From: an uncultured Phycisphaerales bacterium
GTDB taxonomy: Bacteria; Planctomycetota; Phycisphaerae; Tepidisphaerales; Tepidisphaeraceae
DNA: 64,000 bases
Assembly (NCBI GenBank): GCA_963758525.1
Contig: CAVWVQ010000003.1
Location: 4,960,001-5,024,000, forward strand
Reading direction: 5' to 3'
The first letter of the stretch is position 1; each line of letters starts with the position of its first letter. The notes beneath the pieces were generated by a model that worked only from the letters and a program-made list of their open reading frames with translations, was not told the origin of the DNA and did not search any database. Shown in pieces: positions 1 to 13,408 of this stretch. The position numbers and the translations under genes were made by a program.

Positions 1-2278
1 GCGTGACGCTCACCGCGACAATGGCCGCGGTCAGCCCCGGCGCCGGAACACCCACGGGTACCGTCACCTTCATGGACGGCAGCAACGTGCTCGGAACCGG
101 CGCGGTCAACTACAACGGCATCGCAATGTTGACGACCACCGCCATTCCCACCGGCAGCAATGCAATCGACGCGGCCTACAGCGGCGACTCTGATTTCACT
201 GCCAGTACTTCAAGCTCCCTCAGTCAGACGGTACATCAGTCGGCAACGACCACGGCGCTGAACGCGAACCCTACGACCACGATCAAGTTCGGCCAGGCAG
301 TCACCTTCACCGCGACGATGGCCGCCGTCGCTCCGGGTTCGGGGACGCCCACCGGCACGGTCACCTTTGAGGACGGCGCCGCGGTGCTGGGAACCGGCTC
401 GCTCAGCAGTGGCGTCGCAACATTGACAAGCACGTCGCTTGCCGTGGGAACCCATTCCATCGTGGCGGTCTACAGCGGCGATTCGGATTTCACCACCAGC
501 ACATCAAGCTCCCTCAGTGAGATGGTGGCCCAGGCGGCAACGACCACGACGCTAACGAAGAGCAGCACCGGCGTCATCGCCACCGGCCAGAGCGTGACCT
601 TTAGCGCGACGCCGGCCGCGGTAAGCCCGGCGCGGGAACCCCCAGCGGCACCGTCACCTTTTTGGACAACGGCACGTCGATCGGAACCGGTACGCTCAGC
701 GGCGGGGTCGCGACGTTGACCACCACCACGCTCGCGCTGGGCAGCCATTCGATCCAAGCTTCCTATGCCGGCGACACGGACTTTGCCGCCAGCACCTCCA
801 ACTCCCTGACTCAAACCGTGGCCGCCCCCAAGGCGCCGGCAATCACCAGCGCCAATCATAGCGCGTTTACGGTGGGTCTCAGCGGATCGTTCACGGTCAA
901 GGCCAGCGGTCTTCCCGCCCCGACCTTCAGCGAAACCGGGACACTGCCGAGCGGCATGACACTCGACACCACCTCCGGCGTGCTGAGCGGCGTCCCCGCT
1001 TCGGGAACGGTCGGCAGTTACAACCTCACATTCGTCGCATCCAATGGAGTGGGAACCCCCGCAAGCCAGGCGTTTACTCTCACCATCGCCAAGGCGGTGC
1101 CCGGCGTTCAGCTCAACAGCATCCCCGCCGGCGGTACCGTCAGCTATGGCCAACATGTCAGTCTCGTCGCAACGGTCAGCGGAAACTCCATCGTCGCGAC
1201 GGGGACGGTCACGTTCATGGACGGCGCCACCGTGCTCGGAACTGGAACTGTCGGCGCCGGCGGCGTTGCAATGTTCACAACCACAAGCCTGAGCACGGGC
1301 AATCATCCGGCAATCACGGCTGTCTATGGCGGTGACAGCAACTTCAACACCGCGACGTCTAATGCGCTCGATCAAAACGTCACGCCCTCGGCCACCACCA
1401 CCAAGTTGACCAAGAGCACCACCACGGCCGTCAAGTTTGGGCAAAGCGTTACATTTACCGCGACAATCGCTGCCGTCAGCCCCGGCAGCGGTATTCCCAC
1501 CGGCACCGTGACTTTCGAGAACAACGGCGCCGTGCTCGGGACGGCCACACTCAGCGGCGGAATCGCGAAATTCACCACCAAGACGCTCAGCACCGGCAGC
1601 CATCCGACGATTACCGCGGCGTATGGCGGCGACAGCAACTTCCTGGCCAGCACGTCCAGCGCAATCGCTCAGACTGTCACACAGTCCGCGACGACCACCA
1701 CGCTGACCAAGAATACAACCGCAGCGGCCAAGTTCGGCCAGAGCCTCACCTTCACCGCCACCATGGCCGCGGTCAGCCCCGGCGCCGGCACGCCGACCGG
1801 CACGATTAAATTCGAAGACGGCGCGACGGTCATCGGCACCGGCGCGCTCAGCGGCGGCGTCGCCAAGTTCACGACAACCTCGCTTGCCGTAGGAAGCCAT
1901 TCGATCAAGGCCGTCTACAGCGGCGACACGAACTTCACCACCAGCACGTCCGTGTCCACGAGCCAGACGGTGGCCCAGTCATCGACAACCACCAAGCTGA
2001 CGAAGAACACGACCACCGCAATCCACTCTGGCCAGAGCGTGACGTTCACGGCGACCCTGGCCGCAGTCAGCCCCGGTGCGGGAACGCCCACCGGCATCGT
2101 CACCTTTTACGATAACGGCAGCACGATGCTCGGCACCGGCGCGCTCACCGGCGGGGTTACCACGTTCACTACCACCACGCTGCCGCTCGGGGGCAATTCG
2201 ATCACGGCTGTCTACGCAGGCGACACGAACTTCAGCACCAGCACTTCCGGTGCGGCGAGTCAGACGGTGACGTCTTAA
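1..2278 (+). CDS. Array gene 1 (5'-truncated by window): secreted adhesin-like protein with Ig-like group 3 repeats and a putative-Ig domain; one frameshift near 627
   Basis: ORFs 3..719 and 662..2278 join. Repeated ~98-aa modules (GQSVTFTAT..PGAGTPTGTVTF.DG..LGTG.LSGG.A..TT..L..GS.SI.AVY.GD..F..STS), an APAITS..FTV..PAPTFSETG.LP module, and the array-typical end SQTVTS-stop. Confidence 0.85.
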
Positions 2279-2309
2279 GAGTATCGTCGACTCAGTGGGA
2301 GGCGCTGAT

Positions 2310-3160
2310 ATGACAGGCAACTCGCGACGGCTTCGCCAGACAGACATCCGCGACGTCTTTCGATTGCTGGGCGAGCTGACCGAACTGGGGCGCGATCCTG
2401 CCGGTTGGCGGCTGCATTTGCTCAACAGCCTGCTCTCGATGGTGGACGCGCGGGTCGGATTCACGGGCGAACATTTCATTTCCCCGGACGATCCCGCGGA
2501 TACCCGCATTGTTGGGGGAGTGCATGTCGGCTGGCTGCCGGGGGAACAGGAGATATTTTTCGGCTATTGAACTCCGGCGGAATGGCGCAGGATCCGCTGC
2601 ATGCCCAAACCCAACGCTTGCTCTTCCGCTCCTTCACCCGTCGGCGGCGAGACCTGGTGCCCGATGCGATATGGTATGCCTCGCCGGTGGTTGACCCGAT
2701 GCGGCGGCAGGCGAACGTCGATGACAATATTTATTCGCGCTGCAGACTTCCGCAGCCCGGCTGGGCCGTCTTTATTGCACTGATGCGGTCGTGGGGGAAG
2801 AAGCCATTTGGCGCGCGCGAGCGGTTGGTGGTCAGCCTCCTGCACCGGGAGATGGGCAGACTCTGGTCCAAAGCGGATCGCTCAGACCTGGCAGCGCTGC
2901 CGCCACGATTGCGGCAAACGCTCGATCTGCTTTTTTGCGGCTACAGCGAAAAAGAAATGGCAACTGCCTTGAGCCTCAGCCCGCACACGGTTCACGACTT
3001 CACCCGCCGCCTGTATCGCCACTTCGATGTGAGCGGGCGTGGCGAGCTTCTCACCAAGCCCGCGTGCCGGCAGTTGATGTTTCGCCCCGCGCTTTCGCCA
3101 GCGTATTACGCTTCCGAGAGAGGCGATACCGCCGGCACGTTTCCGGAAGTCGATCGATGA
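2310..3160 (+). CDS. LuxR/NarL-type HTH transcriptional regulator, copy 1; frameshift near 2566
   Basis: GGAGG at 2298-2302 before ATG 2310. ORF 2295..2570 continues into 2405..3160. C-terminal LPPRLRQTLDLLFCGYSEKEMATALSLSPHTVHDFTRRLYRHFDVSGRGELL is a LuxR HTH. Colinear with the intact paralog downstream. Confidence 0.85.
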
Positions 3161-3176
3161 TGTATACGGCGGTTCA

Positions 3177-4016
3177 ATGCTTGACAAATCACAACGGCTG
3201 CGAGCCGGACATATCCGGTGCGTGTTTCACTTGCTCGGCGAGCTTGTCGAACTCGGGCGCGATCCATCGCAGTGGCGCACGCACTTGCTGCAGAGACTCC
3301 TGGCGCTGGTCGATGGGAGGCTCGGATTGGCCGCCGAGCACTTCATCTGCCCGGACGCTCCGAAGATGGTGGGATTGGTGGAGGTGGGATGGGAACCGGC
3401 CGAGCAGCAGTTGTTCTACTCGCACGTCAACGCCGGCGGGATGGCGAATGATCCGCTTCATGAGCCGGTCCAGCGACTGCTTCACCGCTCGTTTACCCGC
3501 CGGCGGCGGGACTTGGTGCCGGACGAGATCTGGTACGCCTCGCCAACAGTTGTCGTTCGTCAGCAGTGCAATATCGATGACCAGATTTATTCGCGGTGGA
3601 ATCTTCCCCAGTCCGGTTGGGCGCACATCATCACTCCCATGCGCGCCTGGGGAGCCAGGCCCTTTGGCGTGCGCGATCGATTCATAGTCAGTCTGCTGCA
3701 CCGTGAACTGGGCAGGCTTTGGTCACAGGTAGACCGGGGACACTTGGCGCAGTTGCCGCCCCGACTGCGGCAAACGCTCGATCTGCTATTTTGCGGCTAC
3801 AGCGAAAAGGAAATGGCAACCGCTCTCAATCTCAGCCGGCACACGGTTCACGACTTCACCCGCCGGCTGTATCGCCATTTCAACGTGAGCGGTCGTGGCG
3901 AGCTTCTCACGCAGCCCTCCAGCCGGCAGCTCATGTTCCGACCCGCGCTCTCACCAGCGTATTACGCTCATGAGCGAGGTGATAACACCGGCACGTTCCC
4001 AGCGGTCGAAGCTTAA
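3177..4016 (+). CDS. LuxR/NarL-type HTH transcriptional regulator, copy 2 (279 aa)
   Basis: Intact ORF with the same C-terminal HTH. The N-terminal region lacks receiver-domain motifs. Confidence 0.9.
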   Translation: MLDKSQRLRAGHIRCVFHLLGELVELGRDPSQWRTHLLQRLLALVDGRLGLAAEHFICPDAPKMVGLVEVGWEPAEQQLFYSHVNAGGMANDPLHEPVQRLLHRSFTRRRRDLVPDEIWYASPTVVVRQQCNIDDQIYSRWNLPQSGWAHIITPMRAWGARPFGVRDRFIVSLLHRELGRLWSQVDRGHLAQLPPRLRQTLDLLFCGYSEKEMATALNLSRHTVHDFTRRLYRHFNVSGRGELLTQPSSRQLMFRPALSPAYYAHERGDNTGTFPAVEA

Positions 4017-4512
4017 GCGGCGGCTGGGCCGTCTCCGGTTCTTCGTGCCTCTCGGCGTCTTGTTCTTATCACCAATCATCAATTATCCGCTCCGTCGTCA
4101 AGACCGGTCATCGTGAACAGTTTTCCGGAAAATATTTTTGAGTGAATGCGTGGCAGTATGCCAAAACACCTAAACAGGGTGATTGCATCACAATGAGCAT
4201 GTCGTAGCGTGCCGCCGCAGATCTGCCGAAAACTGGGCACGGGTGGGGGGTTCAATGGGGGGGCGGCAGCTCAATACCCTCGCGCATGGTTGTAGCATGC
4301 GCTCGAATTGTTCTTTCGAAGTGGATTCGAACAGATGGGCGCAGCGGCGACTTCTCCACAGGTCCCCGCGATTCCGAACTGGGAGCAAACGTGAAAAGAT
4401 TAATCGTCGTAACCGTTGGGCATCCGCTCGGATTCTTCTTCCGAAGCCGATTCGAACGGACAGGCGCGGGTGGCTTCCGCAGCGGCCACCGCTTTTCCGA
4501 AAGGAATGCAGC

Positions 4513-7500
4513 ATGTCTCGAAGATCCCGTCGTATTGCGGGGACATCGGTCATTGCCTCGAAGATTGCCGGCAAGCTCATGGAAAGACGGACGACCGTGG
4601 ATTCTGAACTTCGGCGCCGGATCGCTGCCGCGGCGGTTGAAACCCTTGAATTGAGGGTGATGCTTTCCACCATCGTCTGGACCAACGAAGGTCAGACCAG
4701 CGACGGATTCGCCAGCGTGTTCGGCTCCAATGCGGCCGTGGCGCGATCGGACATCGACGCGGTGATTACGACCTGGGAGCGGGAGATCATCAACTTCAAT
4801 TACGCCGGCGGTGGGAACACGTTCAACGTGTCAATCCAAATGGCAAGCAGCGGTACCAGTTCGGGCGCCAACACCAGCATCACGTCGTATAACAGCAACG
4901 GCAGCCCGACGGCCGCGTCAATTACCATCGGGCGGGGATACAACGGCTCTGGCGGGGGATATTTTCTGGATCCGACGCCGCTCGATTCGTCCGAGTTCAC
5001 CAACTCCACGACCAACGCGTATTCCGCCTATTCTGGTTCCTCAAGTCCGGCGAACGGCCTGAATGACTTATACGAGATTGTCCTGCACGAGATGGGTCAT
5101 GCGATGGGCTTCGTCGGCAATGGGCCCGAGGGACTTTTGGTCACCAATACCAACGTAAGCGACACGGTCGACTCCAATTTCGGCGGAGTGAATCCTCCCG
5201 TAGGTACGTATTGGCGGTTTGACGGGTCGGCCGGACACTTTCTGCTGACGAGCTTCGATAGCGGGGGCCAGAGCGGCACCGCGATCAATCACGGATCGCC
5301 TGATCACTTTGCCGATGCCGGCGCTTCTTACACGTCGAACGGCATAACGTATCTGGGTGAAGACGATTTGATGACGCCATACTACTCTAATAGTCAGCGG
5401 CGCCAGATCTCGCAGGACGACCTGGCCATACTCCAGAACAGTTATGGTTACACGGTCCAAACCGCCGACTACTACGGGACGCAATACGACACGCTGGATG
5501 CCGATGGCGAGCTGCACATCGGCGGACCGTCCACTGGAAACAATACGGTCAAGCTCTCAGCATCCGGCGGCAATATTACGGTCAACCTGACGCTGGGAAG
5601 CCCCGTTGCGGGAGCCGACCCCTCGACCATCACCAGCATCTTTCCCGCCTCGGCGGTGTCATCGATCGATATTACCAACGCTCCCGGGGGCACCGACACC
5701 ATCAGCCTTCCCGGGCTGGGCGTCCCCCTCACGCTCAACGCCAATGGCGGCAGCGACAACGTCAGCTTCATGGTGACCAACACAAATGATTCGGGGGATG
5801 GCTCGCTGCGCAGGCCATCAGCCAGGTAGATTCCTACGCCCAGCCGACAAGCATCATTTTTAACATCCCGACCAGCGATTCGGGCTACAGCGGAGGGGTC
5901 TTCACGATCAAGGCACTCTCCCAGTTTCCGGCGATTACCGACGCCCATCTGAGCCTGGATGGCAGTACGCAGGAAAACTACACCGGCAGCACCAATGGCG
6001 GCCGGCCGGTGATCTTCCTTTCCGGAGCGTCCGCCCCGACGAACACCAACGGTCTGGTTGTCAGCGCCCAGTGGGTGGCCGTCTCAAATCTCGCGATCGA
6101 CAGCTTCAACGGGTCATCATTCACCGGCGGCGGCGGGTTGGTGATTACCGGCGTTGCCGCGACAGACAACGTCGTGGTTGGCTGCCTGATCGGCGTGGGG
6201 GCGTCGGGGGCGTCCTCCGCTGGAAACAACGTCGGCATCGCCATCGACGGCGGCGCCAGCGGCGCGATCATTGGCGAGACCTACTCCGGATTCGCTGACG
6301 TGATCGGCGACAATACGATTGGCGTGGGGATCCTCGGGGGCTCGGGCAACAACCTGACCGCCGACGATATCGGGTTCACCAGCACCCTCGGCTCGGCGCC
6401 CAATGGCACCGGCGTGGAGATTCTCGGCAACGCACAAACCGGCGCGAGCAACAACAACTTCGTGGGTGACTGTCTCATTGGCAACAACACCGGCTCGGGC
6501 ATTCTTCTCTCCGGATCCGGCGCCCAGCACAATACGATCAGCGATAACTTGATCGGCGTCACCGACGTTACAGGCATCGGTTATTACGCAGTTCCCAATG
6601 ACGACGGGATCATGATCAATCTCGGTGCGTCGTCCAACGTCATCGGTGGCGTGGAGAGTCTCGAAGCGAACGTCATTGCCGGCAACAGCGGCAATGGCGT
6701 CGAGATCGATGGCTCGGCGAGCAACACCGTCGAAGGCAACACGATTGGCGAGGCGACCCGCACCCTCTTCAACGGCCATACGCTCACCGTCACCAACAAT
6801 CCCAATGCCGGCGTCGGCGTCTTCGTGCACGACACCGCAACGGGAAACACAATCGGCGGGTCAGCGTCCACGGACGCAAACGTCATCTCCGCCAACGGAG
6901 CGGCCGGCGTACTCTTCGGTGACGCCGCCTCCACCGGTAACACCGTCGAGTACAATTACATCGGAACAGATTCCTCCGGCGATTCCATCGGCAACGCCCA
7001 CGAGGGGTTGCTCGATTTCGGCAACAGCGAAACCATCAGCAACAACGTCATCAGCGGCAACGGGTATTCGGGCATGAGCCTGCCCGGCAACTCCAACACC
7101 GTGACCGGAAACCGGATCGGAACCAACCCCGCCGGCACCGCCGCGGTCCCCAACGCCCACCCGGGAATCTACATCAACGGCTTCTACAACGCCATTAACG
7201 GCAACACGATCTCCGGCAACTCCGAGAGCGGCGTCGAGATCGACACTTCCAGCTTCAACACCGTCGAAAACAATCAGATCGGAACCAACCCTGCCGGCAC
7301 CGTCGCCATTCCCAACCAGCAGGCGGGGGTCTTGGTCACCGGTACGCTCAACCAGATTTCAGATGATTTAATCTCCGGCAACGTCACCTCGGGAGTGGCG
7401 CTGGAAGGCGAAAGCAACACCGTCGAGGGATGCCTCATCGGCACCGACAGCACCGGCTCGACCGCCATCCCCAACATCCGCGAGGGCATCTACGTCAACA

Positions 7501-10030
7501 GCTCCTACAACACCGTCGGCGGAACGACGGCGGCGGCGCGCAACGTGATCTCCGGCAACACCGGCGGCAACGCCAGCTTCGGCGTCTCGCTGGACACGGT
7601 TTCAGCCACGAACAACGTCGTCGAGGGGAATTACATCGGCACCAACTCCGCCGGCACCGCCGCTCTGGGGAATGTCGATGGCGTCATCGTCCAGGAAGGC
7701 GCATCTGACAACACCATCGGAAGCGCCACCGCCGGGGGCGGCAACGTCATCTCGGGGAATACCAACGACGGCATTCTCATCACCAATTCCGGCACCACTA
7801 CCACCGTGGAGGGGAACGACATTGGTACCGACTACACCGGCCTGCAGCCGCTGGGGAACGAGAACGACGGCATCGTGGTGGATGGCGACCAGACAACCAT
7901 TGGCGGGTCGGCCAGCGGAGAGGGAAACACCGTCGACTTCAACAGCGAGGATGGAATCGCCATCGGTGGTTCCTACACCGTTTCCATTACCGGCTCCACG
8001 ATCTATGACAACTCCGCAGGCGGGATCAACAACGCCGGCAACCTCTCGATCTACAACAGCACCGTCACTGGAAACAGCGGGACATTCGGCGGCGGCATCT
8101 TTGACACCGGCGCGCTGTCCATCTGCGACAGCACGATCACCCTGAACTCGTCTGACTTCACCGGCGCCATCGACGTGGTCGACAGTGCCGCCTACCTGGC
8201 GAATACCATCGTCGCCCAAAACACCGGCGGAGACGTCAGCGGTGCTCGTCAGCTCGTCGAAGCGCCAACAACCTCATCGGCGATGGAACCGGTCTGACCG
8301 GCATTACCAACGGAACCAGCGGCAACCAGATCGGCACGGACGCCTCTCCCATCAACCCCCTGCTCAATTCCCTGGCCAACAATGGCGGTAACATCGAAAC
8401 CCTGCTCCCGTCGGCCGGCAGCCCGGCAATCAACGCCGGCTCCAACGCCCTGGTCCCTTCCTCGCTCACCACCGATCAGCGCGGCCAGCCCCGCATCGCA
8501 TTTGGCACGGTCGATATCGGGGCGGTTGAAGTGCAGCCGGGAACGCTGGGCACCACCACCAAGCTGACCAAGAACACCACCGCACCCATCAAGTACGGCC
8601 AAAGCGTCAGCCTCACCGCCACGGTGGCCAAAACCGGCAACAGCACCGCCAGCCCGACCGGCACCGTCAACTTCATGGACGGCACCAACTTGCTCGGAAC
8701 CGCCACCCTCAGTGGCGGCGTTGCCACCTTCACCACCACGATCCCCGTCGGCAGCAACTCGATCTCCGCGGTCTACGGCGGCGATGCCAATTTCGCCACC
8801 AGCACATCCAACACCCTCACCCAGACCGTGACGAAGTCGGCCACGACCAACATCCTGCAGAAGAGCGCCAACGCCCCCATTCGTTTCGGCCAGGCGGAGT
8901 ACTTGACGGCGACGCTGACCCCGGTGAGTCCCGGCGCCGGCACGCCCACCGGCACCGTCGGTTTCATGGACGGCTCCGCCCTGCTGGGCTACGGAACGAT
9001 CGGCGTCCTCGGTGGCGACGCTGCCTTCTTCACCACCAATGCGCTTCCGGTGGGGAGCAATTCGATCACCGCTGTTTACTACGGCGACAGCAATTTCGCC
9101 GCCAGCACCTCAGAGACCCTCATTCAAGTAGTGAACCAATCCGCGACGACCACCAAGCTGACCAAGAACACCACCGCCGCCGTCAAGTTCGGCCAGCAGG
9201 TGACGTTTACCGCGACAGTGGCCCCGGTCAGCCCCGGCGCGGGGACACCCACCGGGTATCTCACCTTCTACGACAGCGGCGCCATGATGGGCACTGCCCA
9301 ACTCGCCGCCAGCGGCGTCGCCATATTCACCATTGGGCTGCCTTCCGTGGGAAGCAATTCCATCACCGCGGTCTACAGCGGCGACACCAACTTCACCACC
9401 AGCACCTCGGGCGCACTCACGCAGACGGTCAATCAGGCAGCGACGACCGCGAAATTAACCAAGAGCACCTCGGCCCCCATCACCTACGGCCAGAGCGTGA
9501 CGTTGACGGCGTCGATAGCAGCCGTCAGCCCCGGGAACGGGATGCCCGCCGGCACCGTGAATTTCATGGACGGAAGCACTCTGCTCGGAACCGGCGCGCT
9601 CAGCTTCGGCACCGCGATGCTGACGACCACCACGATTCCCGCCGGCAGCAATTCGATCACCGCCGTTTACACCGGCAACGCGGATTACACCGCCAGCACG
9701 TCGGGTGCCCTGAGCCAGACCGTCAACAAGGCGGCGACGACCACCAAGCTGACCAAGAGCACCACCACCGCCATCCACTCCGGCCAAAGCGTGACGTTCA
9801 CCGCCACACTCGCGGCGGTGAGTCCCGGCGCCGGAATGCCGAGCGGCATCGTGACGTTCTATGACAACGGCAGCACGATGCTCGGCACCGGCGCGCTCAG
9901 CGGCGGAATTGCGATGCTGACAACTACGACGGTTCCCGTCGGCAGCAACTCGATCACCGCCGTCTACGGAGGAGACACAGACTTTACCACGAGCACCTCG
10001 AATGCGCTGACCCAGACGGTCACCGCCTGA
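4513..10030 (+). CDS. Array gene 2: secreted protein with zinc-metallopeptidase-like head, parallel beta-helix, anchor-Q-like domain and five Ig-like group 3 repeats; frameshifts near 5810 and 8260
   Basis: AAGGA before ATG 4513; VETLELRVML export motif; HEMGHAMGF at 5086-5112; VTNTNDSGDGSLR cap; many N.I.GN.IGT repeats; SPAINAG..TDQRG..DIGAVE. Joins ORFs 4183..5829, 6009..8297 and 8531..10030. Confidence 0.8.
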
Positions 10031-10106
10031 TCGACTGGGCACCAGCCTGCTACCGTCTCGCGGCGGTCGCCGATACATACATCCCAAGGGAAGGAAGCAG
10101 CAAGCC

Positions 10107-13040
10107 ATGTTCTTCACGAAACATCGTAACCGGGCCAAGTTCAGTGCGCGCTCGCTCAACTAACTTCGGGGTGGAAGCCCTGGAGTGCCGGCAATTGTTT
10201 AACGTCCTGGTGGTCACGACCGCCTCTGACGCCAGCCCGCATACCGGCGAGTCGCTGCGCGACGCGATTGTCTCGGCGGACTTCGACGCTGCGCTCGGCG
10301 TTTCCGATACGATCACGTTTGACGTAGATGTGATTGAGCTCTCGCAGGGGCAACTGGAATTAGGCTCCGGCGGCGGGACGGGCGTCATCACCATCGATGG
10401 CGCAAGCCAAGTCACGATCGTCGGGGACGGCTCGGACAGGGTGTTCTCGGTTGACAGCGGCACCAACGCCGTCCTCACGGAATTCGACATCTGGGAGGGC
10501 AATCCGGAGGGGGCGGGCGGCGGCCTCATGAACGAGGGGAATCTCACGCTCAATAGTTGTACGTTCTACGCCAACGGCTCAACCGGCGACGGAGGCGCGA
10601 TCTATAACGCGGGCACACTGAACGTGAATACCACAGCGTTTTCTGAGAACGGCCCTGGCCAAACCGACGGCGGCAATACCCCCAACGGCGGCGCCATATA
10701 CAACGATGGCGGCTCGATGACGATCAGTGATTCCACGTTCACCGGTAATAGCGCGGAGAACGACGGCGGGGCCATCGACAACGCCAACGGCGGATTAGCG
10801 ACCGTCAGCGGATCAACCTTTTATTGGAACGGATCCATAGCCGCCGCAGACGGCGGCGCTATCGAAAACGACAGCACCATGACCGTCATCAACTCGACGT
10901 TCAATCAGAACACAGCCAGTAATGATGGCGGCGGCATTAAGAACACCTCTGCCCTGACGGTAACCAATTCCACGCTCTGTGGAAACACAGGCGTTGCAAC
11001 CGGCGGTGGCATCGCCACGACCGGCACGTGCGAACTCCTGAGTACCATCGTCGCCGGAAATACCAGTACGCACGGGAACCCTGACGTCGACGGCACATTC
11101 CAAAGCAGCAGCTACAACCTCATCGGCGACGCGACCGGTGAGGTAGGCATTACCATCGGAAGCATGGGAAACCAAGGTGCCTTTAGTTCCTTTGCTTCCG
11201 AGGACTACGTCGACGCGTTGGCCTACAACGGCGGGCCTACGCGAACAATGGTTCCCGTTCCCTATCAGAGCGGCATCAATGCCGGCGGGGAGGTCACCTA
11301 TCTCAATGGCCCGATCAACAGTACGCAGACCAGCATTCCAGTCGGGCGCGCATCGGCAATCGCCAGCACGGCGGGGGACTACGTTATCCGCGCGGGCGGT
11401 GAGCAGATGCTGGTCATGGGCGTGGATCTGCCGGATAATTCCCTGACGGTCGTCCGCGGCTACGATGGCACCACGGCCGCGTCGGAGAATTTCGCGACCG
11501 CTGTTTATGTTGCCACTGATCAAACCGGCGAGCTCCGCGATAGCGCTCCCGACATTGGGGCATTTGAGTACCAGCCCCTGTTCAGCACGGTTGCCCCGCT
11601 CCCGGCAACGGAAACCTCGACAAGCTTTCCCGTGAGCTGGTCGGGCCATCCGGCCAGCGGCGACTCCCCAATTGCCTACTACACCATATATGATTCAGCC
11701 AATGGCGGCGGCTACACGGTCTGGCAAGCAAAGACCACCGCGACGTCCGCAATCTTTACCGGCTCCGCCGGCCAAACCTACAGCTTCTACAGCATCGCCA
11801 CCGCGTACCCCGACGGGGGGGTCCTTTCCGGCCAAACTCAAGCCGCGCCGGGCACCCAGGCAACAACCACGGTCGTGGCGCCGGCAGCGCCGAAGATTAC
11901 CAGTTCCAGCCAGAAGACCTTTACCGCGGGAGTTACCGGCTCCTTCACGGTAATTGCCAGTGGATCACCCGCTCCGACCTTTAGCGAATCGGGAGCGTTG
12001 CCCAACGGCATCACGTTGAATAGCACCACCGGCGTCCTGGGAGGAACCCCCGCTTCGGGTACCGTGGGAACGTATCCACTGACCCTTTACGCAGTCAATG
12101 GCGTCGGTGCGCCCGCAAGCCAGTCATTTAAGTTCATCGTGGCGAAAGCCGCGACGACTACGAAATTGACCAAAAGCACCACCTCCGCCATCAAGTACGG
12201 ACAGAGCGTGACCTTCACGGTGACCGTGGCTCCCGCGGGGGCCAACACGCTCGCCCCCGGCGGCAGCGGCGCCGTCATCCTCGAAGACAATGGCAACTAC
12301 TTCGCGCAAGCCACGCTCAGCAACGGCGTCGCCACCTTTACGACGAAGAACCTGCCGGCGGGCTCCAATTCGATCTATGCTGCTTACGACGGTGATACGA
12401 ATTTCAGCGCCAGCTTCTCCAGCTCCATGACCCAGACGGTGACCCAATCGGCAACCAGCACCAAGCTGACCAAGAACACCACCGCCTCCACCAAATTCGG
12501 GCAGACCGTCACCTTCACCGCGACGATGGCCGTCGTCAGCCCCGGGTCGGGCACCCCCACCGGTATCGTCACATTCAAGAACGGCTCGAACACCCTCGGA
12601 ACCGGCACGCTTACCGGCGGCGTTGCAACACTCACCACCACAAACTTCCCGTCGGCAGCAACTCCGTCACCGCCATTTACGGCGGCGACACCAACTTCAC
12701 CACCAGCACCTCCGCGTCCATGAGTCAGACGGTGGCCCAGGCTTCGACGACCACCAAGCTGACCAAGAGCACCACCACCGCCATCCACTCCGGCCAGAGC
12801 GTGACGTTCACCGCCGCAATCACGGCGGTGAGTCCCGGCGCGGGGACGCCGAGCGGCATCGTCACGTTCTATGACAATGGCAGCACCATGCTCGGCACCG
12901 GCGCGCTCAGCGGCGGAATTGCGATGCTGACAACTACGACGCTTCCCGTCGGCAGCAACTCGATCACCGCCATCTACGGAGGAGACACAGACTTTACCAC
13001 GAGCACCTCGAATGCGCTGACCCAGACGGTCACCGCCTGA
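10107..13040 (+). CDS. Array gene 3 (type A): CSLREA-like cap, GGAI repeats, anchor-Q-like, FN3-like, putative-Ig and Ig-like group 3 domains; frameshifts near 10140 and 12647
   Basis: GGAAGGAAG before ATG 10107 (MFFTKHRNR as in paralogs); VEALECRQLF motif; ORFs 10144..12723 and 12720..13040. Confidence 0.82.
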
Positions 13041-13106
13041 TCGACTGGGCACCAGTTTGCTACCGTCAGACGGTGAACTCGTGAGACGAGAGTTGCCGGC
13101 CGGCAT

Positions 13107-13273
13107 CCGGCGACAAGTCGCTCGGCTCCGCCTGGCGCGGCGCTTTGAACGCCTCGGCGGAATGAGCGGTCATACCCCGGGGCACTCTCGCGTCGAGCAA
13201 GAAGTCGAAGCATCGTTGCTGTTCGGGGACGCTCGGAGTCGCGCCAGCGCGGAGCCGAGCGACTTGTCGCCGG
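13107..13273. repeat. Inverted-repeat element, copy 1 (MITE-like or hairpin)
   Basis: CCGGCGACAAGTCGCTCGGCTCCGC (13107-13131) is the exact reverse complement of 13249-13273. Pairing extends inward imperfectly, leaving a spacer of about 100 bp. Confidence 0.85.
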
Positions 13274-13408
13274 GCGCATCGCGGACCGGTTTCCGAACGT
13301 CTGCCTCAGGCCGGCGTATCAGCATATGACAGCCATGGGCATAAACTCGTTCCTCGGGGACGAGCGAACGGCGGGTCGGCAAATCCTTAGGGAAGGAAGC
13401 AGCACATT

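Noticed and set aside
9735..13068. Repeated 3' gene ends as a diversity-generating retroelement template/variable pair
   Set aside because: Both copies are coding, differences are not restricted to adenines, and no reverse transcriptase is present in the window.
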